Shown one piece after another: positions 50,372 to 58,593 of a DNA stretch of 64,000 bases. The first letter of the stretch is position 1. Every line of letters begins with the position of its first letter. Source of the DNA: an uncultured Clostridia bacterium (lineage in GTDB: Bacteria; Bacillota; Clostridia; Christensenellales; UBA1242); NCBI GenBank assembly GCA_934747385.1, contig CAKVGK010000002.1:258436-322435 (forward strand), written 5' to 3'. The position numbers and the translations under genes are program-made. The notes below the pieces were generated by a model that was given only the letters and a program-made list of their open reading frames with translations, made no database searches and was not told where the DNA came from.

Positions 50372-52141
50372 TTAGCCATGAGTTTTGATTTCATTTAAAA
50401 TCAAACTTTCAAAATCGGCATAATTCATTGTTTCGGTGTCTTTGCTGCCGCGGCGACGCACTGCAACAGTTCCGTCTTCCATTTCTTTATCGCCAAGCAC
50501 AAGAATATAAGGCACTTTTTCAAGCACTGCGTTGCGGATTTTTTTGCCAACAGATTCATTTTCAACGTCTGCTTCTGCCCTTATGCCTGCCACGCAAAGT
50601 TGACGGGTGATTTTTTGGGCATATTCAGCGTTGTTTTCGCTTACTGTGATGATTTTTGTTTGAACTGGGCTAAGCCAAGTTGGCAAAACACCCTTTGTTT
50701 CTTCCAAAACGAAAGCGGTGAACCTGTCAAGTGAGCCAAGAATTGCGCGATGAATAACAACTGGGCGAACTTTTTGATTGTTTTCGTCGATATATTCAAG
50801 TTCAAACCTTTCTGGCAATTGATAATCCAATTGAACGGTTGAAAGTGTAATTTCGTGCCCGATTGCACTTTTAACTTGAACGTCAATTTTTGGACCATAG
50901 AACGCTGCTTCGCCAACTGCTTCATAGTAGTTTGCACCGCTAGATTTTAAAATGTCACGCAAGGCAGATTCGCTCTTCTCCCAAAGTTCGTCGTTACCAA
51001 AATATTTTTCAGTATTCTTAGGGTCACGCAAGGACAAACGGAATTGATAGTTTTTAAAGCCAAAGTCCTTATACACGTCCAAAATAAGGTCAATAACCCC
51101 TTGAATTTCACTTTTGATTTGGTCTGGACGGCAGAAAATGTGGCAGTCATTTTGAGTGAGAGCGCGCACGCGTTCCAAGCCAACCAAAGTGCCACTTGCC
51201 TCGTACCTAAAATCGTTTGCAATTTCTGCAATGCGCAATGGCAAATCGCGATATGAGTGCTGAAATTGTTTGTAAATAACCATGTGGTGTGGGCAGTTCA
51301 TTGGGCGCAAAACATAGCCCTCGTCCTCCACTTTCATGGCTGGGAACATACATTCTTGATAATGGTCCCAGTGACCAGAGGTTTTGTAAAGGTTGATATT
51401 GCCCAAAGATGGCGTCATAACATGTTGATAGCCTAAAGCAATTTCTTTATTCATAATGTAATCACTCAGTTCACGACGCAAAGTAAAGCCCTTTGGCAAC
51501 CAAATTGGAAGACCACGACCAACAAGTTCGTTGAACATAAATATGCCCAAATCTTTGCCTATTTTGCGGTGGTCGCGCTCGCGTGCTTCTTGCTCCAAAC
51601 GCAAGCACTCTTTCAAATCGTCCTTATTCAAAAAGCCATACACATACACACGGGTGAGCATTTTGTTCTTTTCGCTGCCACGCCAGTATGCGCCACTTGC
51701 ACGATTAATTTTGAAACTGAAACCACGCAAAAATTTGGTGTTTTCAACGTGTGGGCCACGGCACAAATCATAGAAATCATTGCCAGTGTGATAAACGGAA
51801 ATAATGCTATCTTCTGGCAAATCGTTGATAAGTTCAGTTTTATATGGTTCGTCTTTGAACATTTCAAGGGCTTGAGCGCGGGTCACTTCGCTACGCACAA
51901 AATCTTCGTTGCGAGCGATAATTTCCTTCATTTTGTCCTCAATTTTGGCAAAATCGTCTTGATTTATTGTTAAATTGTCAAAATCATAGTAAAAACCATT
52001 TTCAATAGCAGGCCCAATTGCAAGTTTTACGTTTGGGTATAACTCTTTTATTGCCTTTGCAAGCACGTGTGCCATGCTGTGGCGGTACATTTCTTGCTTT
52101 TGATTGAATTCTTCTTGTTTTTCAAGTTCTTCTTTTTCCAT
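50372..52141 (-). CDS. thrS: Threonine--tRNA ligase
   Basis: Editing-site HSMAHVLA, class II motifs (FRYE..G.L.GL.RVR, GFGLERL-like) and a C-terminal anticodon-binding domain. Start at ATG 52141 after AAGGAG. The upstream in-frame extension is repeat-derived. Confidence 0.95.
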   Translation of the reverse strand: MEKEELEKQEEFNQKQEMYRHSMAHVLAKAIKELYPNVKLAIGPAIENGFYYDFDNLTINQDDFAKIEDKMKEIIARNEDFVRSEVTRAQALEMFKDEPYKTELINDLPEDSIISVYHTGNDFYDLCRGPHVENTKFLRGFSFKINRASGAYWRGSEKNKMLTRVYVYGFLNKDDLKECLRLEQEARERDHRKIGKDLGIFMFNELVGRGLPIWLPKGFTLRRELSDYIMNKEIALGYQHVMTPSLGNINLYKTSGHWDHYQECMFPAMKVEDEGYVLRPMNCPHHMVIYKQFQHSYRDLPLRIAEIANDFRYEASGTLVGLERVRALTQNDCHIFCRPDQIKSEIQGVIDLILDVYKDFGFKNYQFRLSLRDPKNTEKYFGNDELWEKSESALRDILKSSGANYYEAVGEAAFYGPKIDVQVKSAIGHEITLSTVQLDYQLPERFELEYIDENNQKVRPVVIHRAILGSLDRFTAFVLEETKGVLPTWLSPVQTKIITVSENNAEYAQKITRQLCVAGIRAEADVENESVGKKIRNAVLEKVPYILVLGDKEMEDGTVAVRRRGSKDTETMNYADFESLILNEIKTHG

Positions 52142-52145
52142 AATA

Positions 52146-52334
52146 TTCTCCTTTTTGATTGGTAATTGCTTGCAAATTAGCAAGCGAAAAGAGAATTTTA
52201 TATCGCCTAGATATAATTTCCCTTTTTGATTGATGAATGCTTGCATTTCAGCAAGCGGAAAGAGAATTTTATATCGCTTTTAGATATAATTTCTCCTTTT
52301 AATAAGGTGATTTTTATATCGTCTTTAGATATGC
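52146..52334 (-). repeat. About 2.6 tandem copies of a 71-74-nt unit in the thrS 5' UTR
   Basis: Each unit carries an SD-like AAAAGGAGAA/AAAAAGGGAA, an ATATC-loop-GATAT hairpin (3 copies) and a GCTTGC-loop-GCAAGC hairpin (2 copies). Confidence 0.9.
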
Positions 52335-52430
52335 ATTCACCTTTTGCTGGGTGGCTCAATTTTCCTTTAAACATGTTTGCCAACTGGGCTAAATTTAACA
52401 ATTTTATAGTGGTTTTGTTAAATAATGTTT

Positions 52431-52657
52431 AAAAACAAAAAACCCTAGCATTTTGTTATGCTAGGGACGATTTTAACCGCGGTTCCACCCTAATTAGTGA
52501 CAAAGTCACTCACTTGATTTGCAAGCATTCACTTGCGTTTGGCCTAATCGGTGGTTTCACTTAAAAGTTTGATGCGCAAATTCCAGCCAGCATGCGCTCT
52601 CTCTTATCATTGACTTTTAACCTACTTGTCCAATCAATAACCTATTGAGTTAACAAT
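52431..52657 (-). promoter_or_regulatory. T-box riboswitch leader (threonine specifier ACC proposed) with terminator
   Basis: Minus strand carries an AGAGAG box, GAA-ACC-A in the putative specifier loop, the T-box sequence AATTAGGGTGGAACCGCGG (52477-52495), and the terminator CCCTAGCAT...ATGCTAGGG with a T-run (52431-52466). Confidence 0.85.
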
Positions 52658-52686
52658 AGTTTACTCCCTTGCAAACGCAAAGTCAA
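52658..52686 (-). promoter_or_regulatory. Sigma-A type promoter of the thrS leader
   Basis: Minus strand TTGACT, 17-nt spacer, TAAACT. Confidence 0.5.
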
Positions 52687-52704
52687 GGTTTTTGTGCCAC
52701 AAAT

Positions 52705-53499
52705 TTAGCATTTTGTGTAAACTTTCAAGCGATTGGAAAAAATGTTGCTTAAAAAACTTACTGCCTCGTACTCTTGGTTTGTATTCAAATATACGTCAAT
52801 GTAATTTGGACAAGAATTTAACACGTTTGTGATAAAGTCAACAGAGTCGTCACATTCGGCAATCTTTTTTATTTTTGCGTTTTTGTTTTTCATGTTGTAA
52901 ATACAATAATGGTCGTCCTTTATAACCACTTTGATTTTGTAAACCAAATTGTCCATGGTGTTGATTAAAAACCTAATAACGTCCAAAAACGTGCCAGAAT
53001 TGAAAAGCATAATGTTGTCGCTGCTGAGTTCGGCAAGATTGTCCCAATGCTTTTTAAGCGGACTTAAGCGAAAAGACAAAAAAGAATCTAAATGCAGCGT
53101 GTCGCTTACGGAAACCATTTCGCCTGTTGAGTTTAAAAAATTTTGATTAAAATTCAAAATGTTCTTTAGCGCTTGCTCGTCAGTGGTTTTGTCAAAAAGT
53201 GCAAGCACTTTTATGTAAGCACTGAAAGTTAATTTGTCACAAAGCGGATTTTTTATTTTTTGTGTTAGATAATCAACCTTGTAAACAGTTTCAATATATT
53301 CAACAATAATATCTCTTAAAATTTCCTCACAGGGAGAAACAAAAGTCTCATCACACGCAAAAAGAAGATATGAAAAATTATTGTCGTCATAGCAAGTTAA
53401 TATAGTTTTGCAAAAATCTATTTTCGCTTTAACATTCGCATATAAAAACTCAATTATTCCCTTATTTTTCAGTTGAGTGGCCAATGCTATCTCTCGCAT
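52705..53499 (-). CDS. ytxC: YtxC-like putative sporulation protein
   Basis: Lies immediately upstream of thrS, as ytxC does in Bacillus, and is of similar size. Start chosen at ATG 53499 after AGAGGT; the ORF track extends to 53580. Confidence 0.5.
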   Translation of the reverse strand: MREIALATQLKNKGIIEFLYANVKAKIDFCKTILTCYDDNNFSYLLFACDETFVSPCEEILRDIIVEYIETVYKVDYLTQKIKNPLCDKLTFSAYIKVLALFDKTTDEQALKNILNFNQNFLNSTGEMVSVSDTLHLDSFLSFRLSPLKKHWDNLAELSSDNIMLFNSGTFLDVIRFLINTMDNLVYKIKVVIKDDHYCIYNMKNKNAKIKKIAECDDSVDFITNVLNSCPNYIDVYLNTNQEYEAVSFLSNIFSNRLKVYTKC

Positions 53500-53610
53500 A
53501 TTTACCTCTATACTATCATATGCACAATGTTTAAATTTACTCATAAAAAAAATGTAATTAAATGCCAAAATTTGCGGCACACAAATTGACGAATCTAAAT
53601 TCTTTTTAAA

Positions 53611-54215
53611 GATACACTTGTTATTTTCAACAACTCGGTATGACAGAACAACGGGGTCCCCGACAAAGCCTAATGAAATGGGTTTGTTGGGGTTAAGGAA
53701 AAACCGAGCAACAGGTGAGCATTTGCGATTAGCAAACCCGCAAAAGCGAGAGTTTTGACGTTGTCATCCTGAGCGATAACCGGTATATGAAGAGTGAGCC
53801 TGTGAACTCATTTAACCAGCGATAGCGAGAGTATCTTAAAAAATATGTAATTTAACAAATTGTTTGGTTTTTCATATGCTGAATTAAGGAAGAAGACTAT
53901 GTACTACTTTTATTTCAAATCTGGCTGCTATGATTTTGTTAATGTAAGCAATTTAAGTTTGTCACTTTCCAGCACAATATATGGCAATTACAACGAATGC
54001 AACTGCACTTGTTTTGACTGGAGTGCGCCTTATCGTTGCCGCATTGGCACTGCCATAAACAACACTTTGCAACCTTTGTAATAACACAAATAATTTTGTT
54101 AAACAAACTACCCTTTGGTGCTCATTCCATTCACACCAACCTTTCCCTTACAAGGGAACACGAGATTGGTGGACTATTTGAAAAAAATACACTCGGCATA
54201 AAGCCTCGGTATGAC
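53611..54215. repeat. Mosaic of hairpin repeat modules (region B), related to 35959-36480
   Basis: Shares GGTATGAC-terminated modules, an R1 hairpin segment (53645-53697, similar to 36324-36372), one 46-mer-like unit in the opposite orientation (53763-53835) and an inverted R2 segment (54105-54170, similar to the reverse complement of 36415-36480). Confidence 0.8.
53899..54081 (+). CDS. Possible 60-aa small protein rich in Cys, Tyr and Asn
   Basis: ATG preceded by AAGGAAG at 6-nt spacing. Sequence MYYFYFKSGCYDFVNV...NECNCTCFDWSAPYRCRIG. Lies alone on the plus strand inside repeat region B. No homology evidence. Confidence 0.3.
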   Translation: MYYFYFKSGCYDFVNVSNLSLSLSSTIYGNYNECNCTCFDWSAPYRCRIGTAINNTLQPL

Positions 54216-54298
54216 ACGCTTATTCGTTAGTTCGGTCACATAATATGAAAAAACACCACTAATGTGGTGTTTTATGTATAAATCTAGTTAGTCTAGGT

Positions 54299-54883
54299 CT
54301 ATTTCTTTTTGCGCTTAAGAGCAGCAAGAACAGTGATTGTAACAAAGCCAGCTTCAACAACAGCAAGAACAACAACCAAAATGATTGCGCTTGTGCAAGT
54401 TAAAGTTTCGCCGCCCATTTCCATTTTGAAAGCACTAACTTTTGTGTCAAGTGTTGCTTTGTACAACTCGGCACTTGTCTTTTTAAGCTCTTTCAATTCT
54501 TTAGCAGCGTCTTTGTATTCCTCTTTTGTCATAAGAGTTGCGCTATCTTTAGAAGCTTGAGTTAAATCGTTGCCATCAATGATAACTTTGTTAATTTTTT
54601 TAGTTTCAAGAGTAACCATTTTGTAGCCATCACGGTAAACCCATTGATTCATAGAAACGTAGTTCTTTTTGCCATCAGTTTTCCATTTCATTTTTGAGTT
54701 AACTGTGTTGCCCCAAACTTTGACAGCAACATTTGTTTTTATTCCTGCTTGATCAATTTTGCCATTATATGACATACCTGCAGAAACTGGACGAACACAC
54801 AAAACGACGATGAATGCTAACATAACAATTGACAAAACCAAGAATGTGATGAAAGTTGACTTTTTGCCTAATAACTTTTTCAT
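54299..54883 (-). CDS. Hypothetical protein with N- and C-terminal TM helices
   Basis: Strong AAGGAGG RBS. Hydrophobic helices at both ends flank a soluble domain of about 130 aa. Confidence 0.55.
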   Translation of the reverse strand: MKKLLGKKSTFITFLVLSIVMLAFIVVLCVRPVSAGMSYNGKIDQAGIKTNVAVKVWGNTVNSKMKWKTDGKKNYVSMNQWVYRDGYKMVTLETKKINKVIIDGNDLTQASKDSATLMTKEEYKDAAKELKELKKTSAELYKATLDTKVSAFKMEMGGETLTCTSAIILVVVLAVVEAGFVTITVLAALKRKKK

Positions 54884-55107
54884 TTATACCTCCTTATTGT
54901 CAGTTTAACAAATGTTGACAGATAAGTCTAACAATTTTTAACAAGTTTTTTTAAATTTTTTTAAAAAATTTTAAATTTGGCAAAATATCGACTAATTTTG
55001 CCTTAAATTTAGCACTCATAAAAAATTTAAACTGCTAGCAGTCACATTTGCTTTGACATAACCACATAGATTTTATATGCCAAAAAACAAAAAATGTTTA
55101 AATAAAA

Positions 55108-55707
55108 TTAGTTTTTTATACAATGCAAAATGTAATAACCCTTGTTGCGTTCAATAATTTCGCAATTACCGAAAAGAACAAGCAAATGTTTTTTTAGGCT
55201 TTCCATACCATGGTCTTTGCGAATAACCAAAACAAGTTGACCATTATTGTTCAAGTGCTGGTGTGCCCCTTCCATAAGGTTAAAAAGCAGTGTTTTGCCC
55301 GTTTTGATTGGAGGATTTGTTATAATGTTATCATACGTATTTACAACCGCTGCAAAGCCGTCACTTTCAAACACGTTGGTTTGGCGTTGAACATTGTTTG
55401 TGATTGTGTTTTGGCGACTTAATTTAACTGCTGTGGCATTAATGTCCACCATGTCCACATTCAAGCCAAATTTTTTTGCAAGCGAAATGCCAATCACGCC
55501 CAAACCGCAGCCAAGGTCAAGGCAACTGCCCTTTAATGTGCATTTTTTTGCAATAGTTTCCAGTAAAGTGCGGGTGCCGTCGTCAATTTTATTTTTAGAA
55601 AAAATGCTGTCGCAACTGCGAAAGCATAAATTCAAACCTATAACCTGGTCGTTAAAATCGAAGAAATCGGTTTCAACGTGTGGTTTATCAATAAAATAGT
55701 GTTGCAT
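55108..55707 (-). CDS. Class I SAM-dependent methyltransferase (RsmC/RlmG small-domain type)
   Basis: LDLGCGLGVIG motif I and ITNPPI motif IV. Start at ATG 55707. Confidence 0.8.
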   Translation of the reverse strand: MQHYFIDKPHVETDFFDFNDQVIGLNLCFRSCDSIFSKNKIDDGTRTLLETIAKKCTLKGSCLDLGCGLGVIGISLAKKFGLNVDMVDINATAVKLSRQNTITNNVQRQTNVFESDGFAAVVNTYDNIITNPPIKTGKTLLFNLMEGAHQHLNNNGQLVLVIRKDHGMESLKKHLLVLFGNCEIIERNKGYYILHCIKN

Positions 55708-55708
55708 A

Positions 55709-55966
55709 TTAACCTTTATAGAAAGTGTTTTCAATAGGCAAAGCAATAAGAATTAAGCCAATTAAAATGAGGCAAACGCCTGCGATTAAAATGCCTTGAT
55801 AAAATTTGTCGTTCTTCATCAATGTTTCGCTATTCCTTTTGAAAAGGGTTATGCGTTTTGCAAGCATACAAATCGCAACACCAATTGCTGCAACCACCAT
55901 GCCGGCAATAACTGTATATCTCAATAAAAATTCCCAAACGCTAACAAATGATAATAATGTTGACAT
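55709..55966 (-). CDS. Small 3-TM membrane protein
   Basis: AGGAGA RBS. 85 aa, hydrophobic. Confidence 0.45.
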   Translation of the reverse strand: MSTLLSFVSVWEFLLRYTVIAGMVVAAIGVAICMLAKRITLFKRNSETLMKNDKFYQGILIAGVCLILIGLILIALPIENTFYKG

Positions 55967-56032
55967 AAATATCTCCTATATTTGCTTGTATTTTAGCACA
56001 ATGTTTTTTTGTTGTCAATACAGATTTTTGGT

Positions 56033-56554
56033 TTATCTTGATTTTTTAGGCATGTTTTTTACCAAATATACAACTGTGTAGACAATAAAAACGGCACTTG
56101 TTAACGTGCAAGCAATGCACGCAACTGTTAAAATTGTTGAGTTTGCATAAGCAAAAGTCATTGCCAAAAGCACTAAACATTGGAACATTATGTTGCAGTA
56201 AGCAACTGATTCCACAAACTCTGGCAAAGTGTTGTAAAACATAATGTATTCGCAAGCGATTTCCGTAACAATTGCAATGATTGTTATTATGCCAACCAGT
56301 TTGCTTAAATACCCCAAATTCATAAACAAAATAAGCAAAGTCAACGCGGTTGCAATGTTGGCAATTGAGCAAATTATTAAGTTGGACTTTTCTTGCTTAT
56401 CTTTAAACAACTCGCGAAAAATTTTGCAAATCAATATGATTGCAACAAACACGCTTATTGCCCAAGATGGCATATAAATTTTGGCAAATATGGTGAGTGG
56501 CAAAAGTGCCAATTCTATTGCAAACAAAATTTTTAAGTAAACATCTTTTTTCAT
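56033..56554 (-). CDS. Hypothetical polytopic membrane protein
   Basis: GGAGAA RBS. 173 aa with about 5 TM helices. Confidence 0.5.
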   Translation of the reverse strand: MKKDVYLKILFAIELALLPLTIFAKIYMPSWAISVFVAIILICKIFRELFKDKQEKSNLIICSIANIATALTLLILFMNLGYLSKLVGIITIIAIVTEIACEYIMFYNTLPEFVESVAYCNIMFQCLVLLAMTFAYANSTILTVACIACTLTSAVFIVYTVVYLVKNMPKKSR

Positions 56555-56698
56555 AAATTCTCCAAGTTGAAGTTATTTTAGCAGATTATTTGAATTTTTA
56601 CAAATAATTAAAAGCAGTTTTTAACAAAAAAATTACAAGCACATAAAATGAGGTATGGAAGCATTAAACCACTCAAAAACTTCCAAAAAGGAGATTAG

Positions 56699-57724
56699 AT
56701 GAAAAAACTTACTATTTTGCTTGTTGCCATCATGTCGGTTTTTGCCGTGCTTTTAACGGGCACTGGCTGCAAAAAGAAAGATGACAACACATTGCGCATA
56801 AGTGAAGTTACTCACTCGCTTTTTTATGCCCCACTCTATGTTGCAATGAACAAAGGCTATTTTGAGCAAGAAGGTTTGAAAATTGAACTCACGAATGCTG
56901 GCGGAAGCGACACCGTAATGACAAGTTTAATTTCAAATAATGCTGATATTGGCCTTATGGGACCTGAAAGTGCGGTTTATGTTCGCAACAATGGCATGCA
57001 GAACGCGCCAGTTATTTTTGCGCAATTGACTGCTTGTGATGGTTCTTTCCTTGTTGGCAGAAATGCCGATGACAATTTTGACTGGAACAGTTTGCAAGGC
57101 AAGCACATAATTGCTGGGCGCAAAGGCGGAATGCCTGCCATGACACTTGAATACATTTTGAAGCAGCATGGTTTGAAACCAGGTGCTGAACTTGGCGAAA
57201 ATATTGACACAATTTTGGACACAACAATTGCATTCAATTTAACAAGTTCATCATTTGTTGCTGGCACTGGCGATTTTTGCACTATGTTTGACCCAGTTGC
57301 AAGTCAATGCGAAATTGATGGAACAGGAAACATTGTTGCAGCCCTTGGCAACGAGGTTAAAGACGTGCCTTACACCTGCTTTGTTGCAACAAGCGACTAT
57401 TTGAAAGGCAACGGAACAAAAATTTCCAAATTTATGCGTGCACTTAAAAAGGGTTATAACTACCTTATTAACGCAAACAATGCCAACAACGACGCAGACA
57501 TTATTTCCGCACTTAAGCCATCTTTCAGTTCAACAAGCGATCAATTGATTTTGGCGTCTGTTAAAAACTATATTAGAATTGGTGCTTATGCAGATAGTTT
57601 TGTTTTGAAACAATCTTCTTGGAATTTAATGCTTGATATTATTGAGGGCGCTGGCGAACTTAAGAGCCGTGTTGAATGGACAACTGCAGTTAACACTGAA
57701 TACGCTCGCGCTGTTGAAGGATAA
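56699..57724 (+). CDS. ABC transporter substrate-binding lipoprotein (NMT1/THI5-like, NitT/TauT family)
   Basis: AAGGAG RBS and lipobox LTGTGC. The periplasmic-binding-protein pattern, with SLFYAPLYVA, is typical of the SsuA/NMT1 family. Confidence 0.8.
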   Translation: MKKLTILLVAIMSVFAVLLTGTGCKKKDDNTLRISEVTHSLFYAPLYVAMNKGYFEQEGLKIELTNAGGSDTVMTSLISNNADIGLMGPESAVYVRNNGMQNAPVIFAQLTACDGSFLVGRNADDNFDWNSLQGKHIIAGRKGGMPAMTLEYILKQHGLKPGAELGENIDTILDTTIAFNLTSSSFVAGTGDFCTMFDPVASQCEIDGTGNIVAALGNEVKDVPYTCFVATSDYLKGNGTKISKFMRALKKGYNYLINANNANNDADIISALKPSFSSTSDQLILASVKNYIRIGAYADSFVLKQSSWNLMLDIIEGAGELKSRVEWTTAVNTEYARAVEG

Positions 57725-57789
57725 TGAAAAAACAAACAGGTTTGGTGGCTTTAACCCCAAACTTGAAGACTGAAACAAAAAAGGTGAAA

Positions 57790-58593
57790 ATGCAAAAAGC
57801 AGTGGTGGCAAATGCTGATGCAAATTCCCCTATTGTTGAAATTAAAAATTTGAATTTAATTTACCAAAGTTTAAAAAGCGAAACCCATGCTTTGCAAAAT
57901 GTTGATATCGAAATTAACAAGCATGAATTTGTTGCGATTGTTGGGCCTTCTGGCTGCGGAAAAACAACCATACTTTCGCTTATTTCTGGACTTATGAAAG
58001 CAAGCAGCGGTGAAATTAGAGTTGACGGAAAAACGCCAAGTGTTAAAGAAGATTTGTGCGGTTACATGTTTCAACGCGACAACCTTTTGCCTTGGCGAAC
58101 CATTGAAAAAAACATATATTTTGGGCTGGAAATAAAGCACAAAAACACGCCTGAGCGCAGGGCTTATGCAATTGAACTTGCAAAAAAATATGGAATTGGT
58201 GAATTTTTAAAAAAGCACCCTAGCGAATTGAGCGGAGGCATGCGGCAACGTGTGGCATTAATTCGCACACTGTCGCTTAAACCTGAATTATTGCTGCTTG
58301 ACGAGCCTTTTAGCGCACTGGACTATCAAACAAGGCTTGAACTTTGCGACCATATTTTTGAAATTATAAAGAAAGAAAACAAAACGGCAATTCTTGTTAC
58401 ACACGACATACAGGAAGCAATCAGCATGAGTGACAAAATAATCGTTCTCTCTGCCCGACCTGGAAAAGTTAAAGCGGTTCACGCGCTTGATTTTAACAAA
58501 ATCCTAACGCCTTTTGAAAGGCGCAAAACCACAAAAGCAAAAGAATTATTTGACATTATTTGGCAGGAAATTCAAGATGAAAAACAAAAGTGA
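57790..58593 (+). CDS. ABC transporter ATP-binding protein (NitT/TauT family)
   Basis: Walker A GPSGCGKTT, signature LSGGMRQR and Walker B LLLLDEPF. Start chosen at ATG 57790 after AAGGTG; the alternative is 57724. Confidence 0.9.
   Translation: MQKAVVANADANSPIVEIKNLNLIYQSLKSETHALQNVDIEINKHEFVAIVGPSGCGKTTILSLISGLMKASSGEIRVDGKTPSVKEDLCGYMFQRDNLLPWRTIEKNIYFGLEIKHKNTPERRAYAIELAKKYGIGEFLKKHPSELSGGMRQRVALIRTLSLKPELLLLDEPFSALDYQTRLELCDHIFEIIKKENKTAILVTHDIQEAISMSDKIIVLSARPGKVKAVHALDFNKILTPFERRKTTKAKELFDIIWQEIQDEKQK

Noticed and set aside
52142-52401. The N-terminal extension of thrS to 52246, and the 64-aa ORF at 52207-52401.
   Set aside because: Both are translations of the tandem leader repeats. 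The real thrS start at 52141 has a strong AAGGAG RBS, and ThrRS homology begins there.
54105-54170. Nested hairpin (CACCAA...TTGGTG enclosing TTCCCTT/AAGGGAA) as the terminator for the small ORF at 53899-54081.
   Set aside because: No U-run follows it on either strand. It is better explained as the inverted R2 repeat segment.
56555-56698. Possible riboswitch (for example TPP) upstream of the NMT1/THI5-like binding protein gene.
   Set aside because: No CTGAGA or ACCTGA TPP core motifs, and no convincing conserved structure visible in the 144-nt leader.
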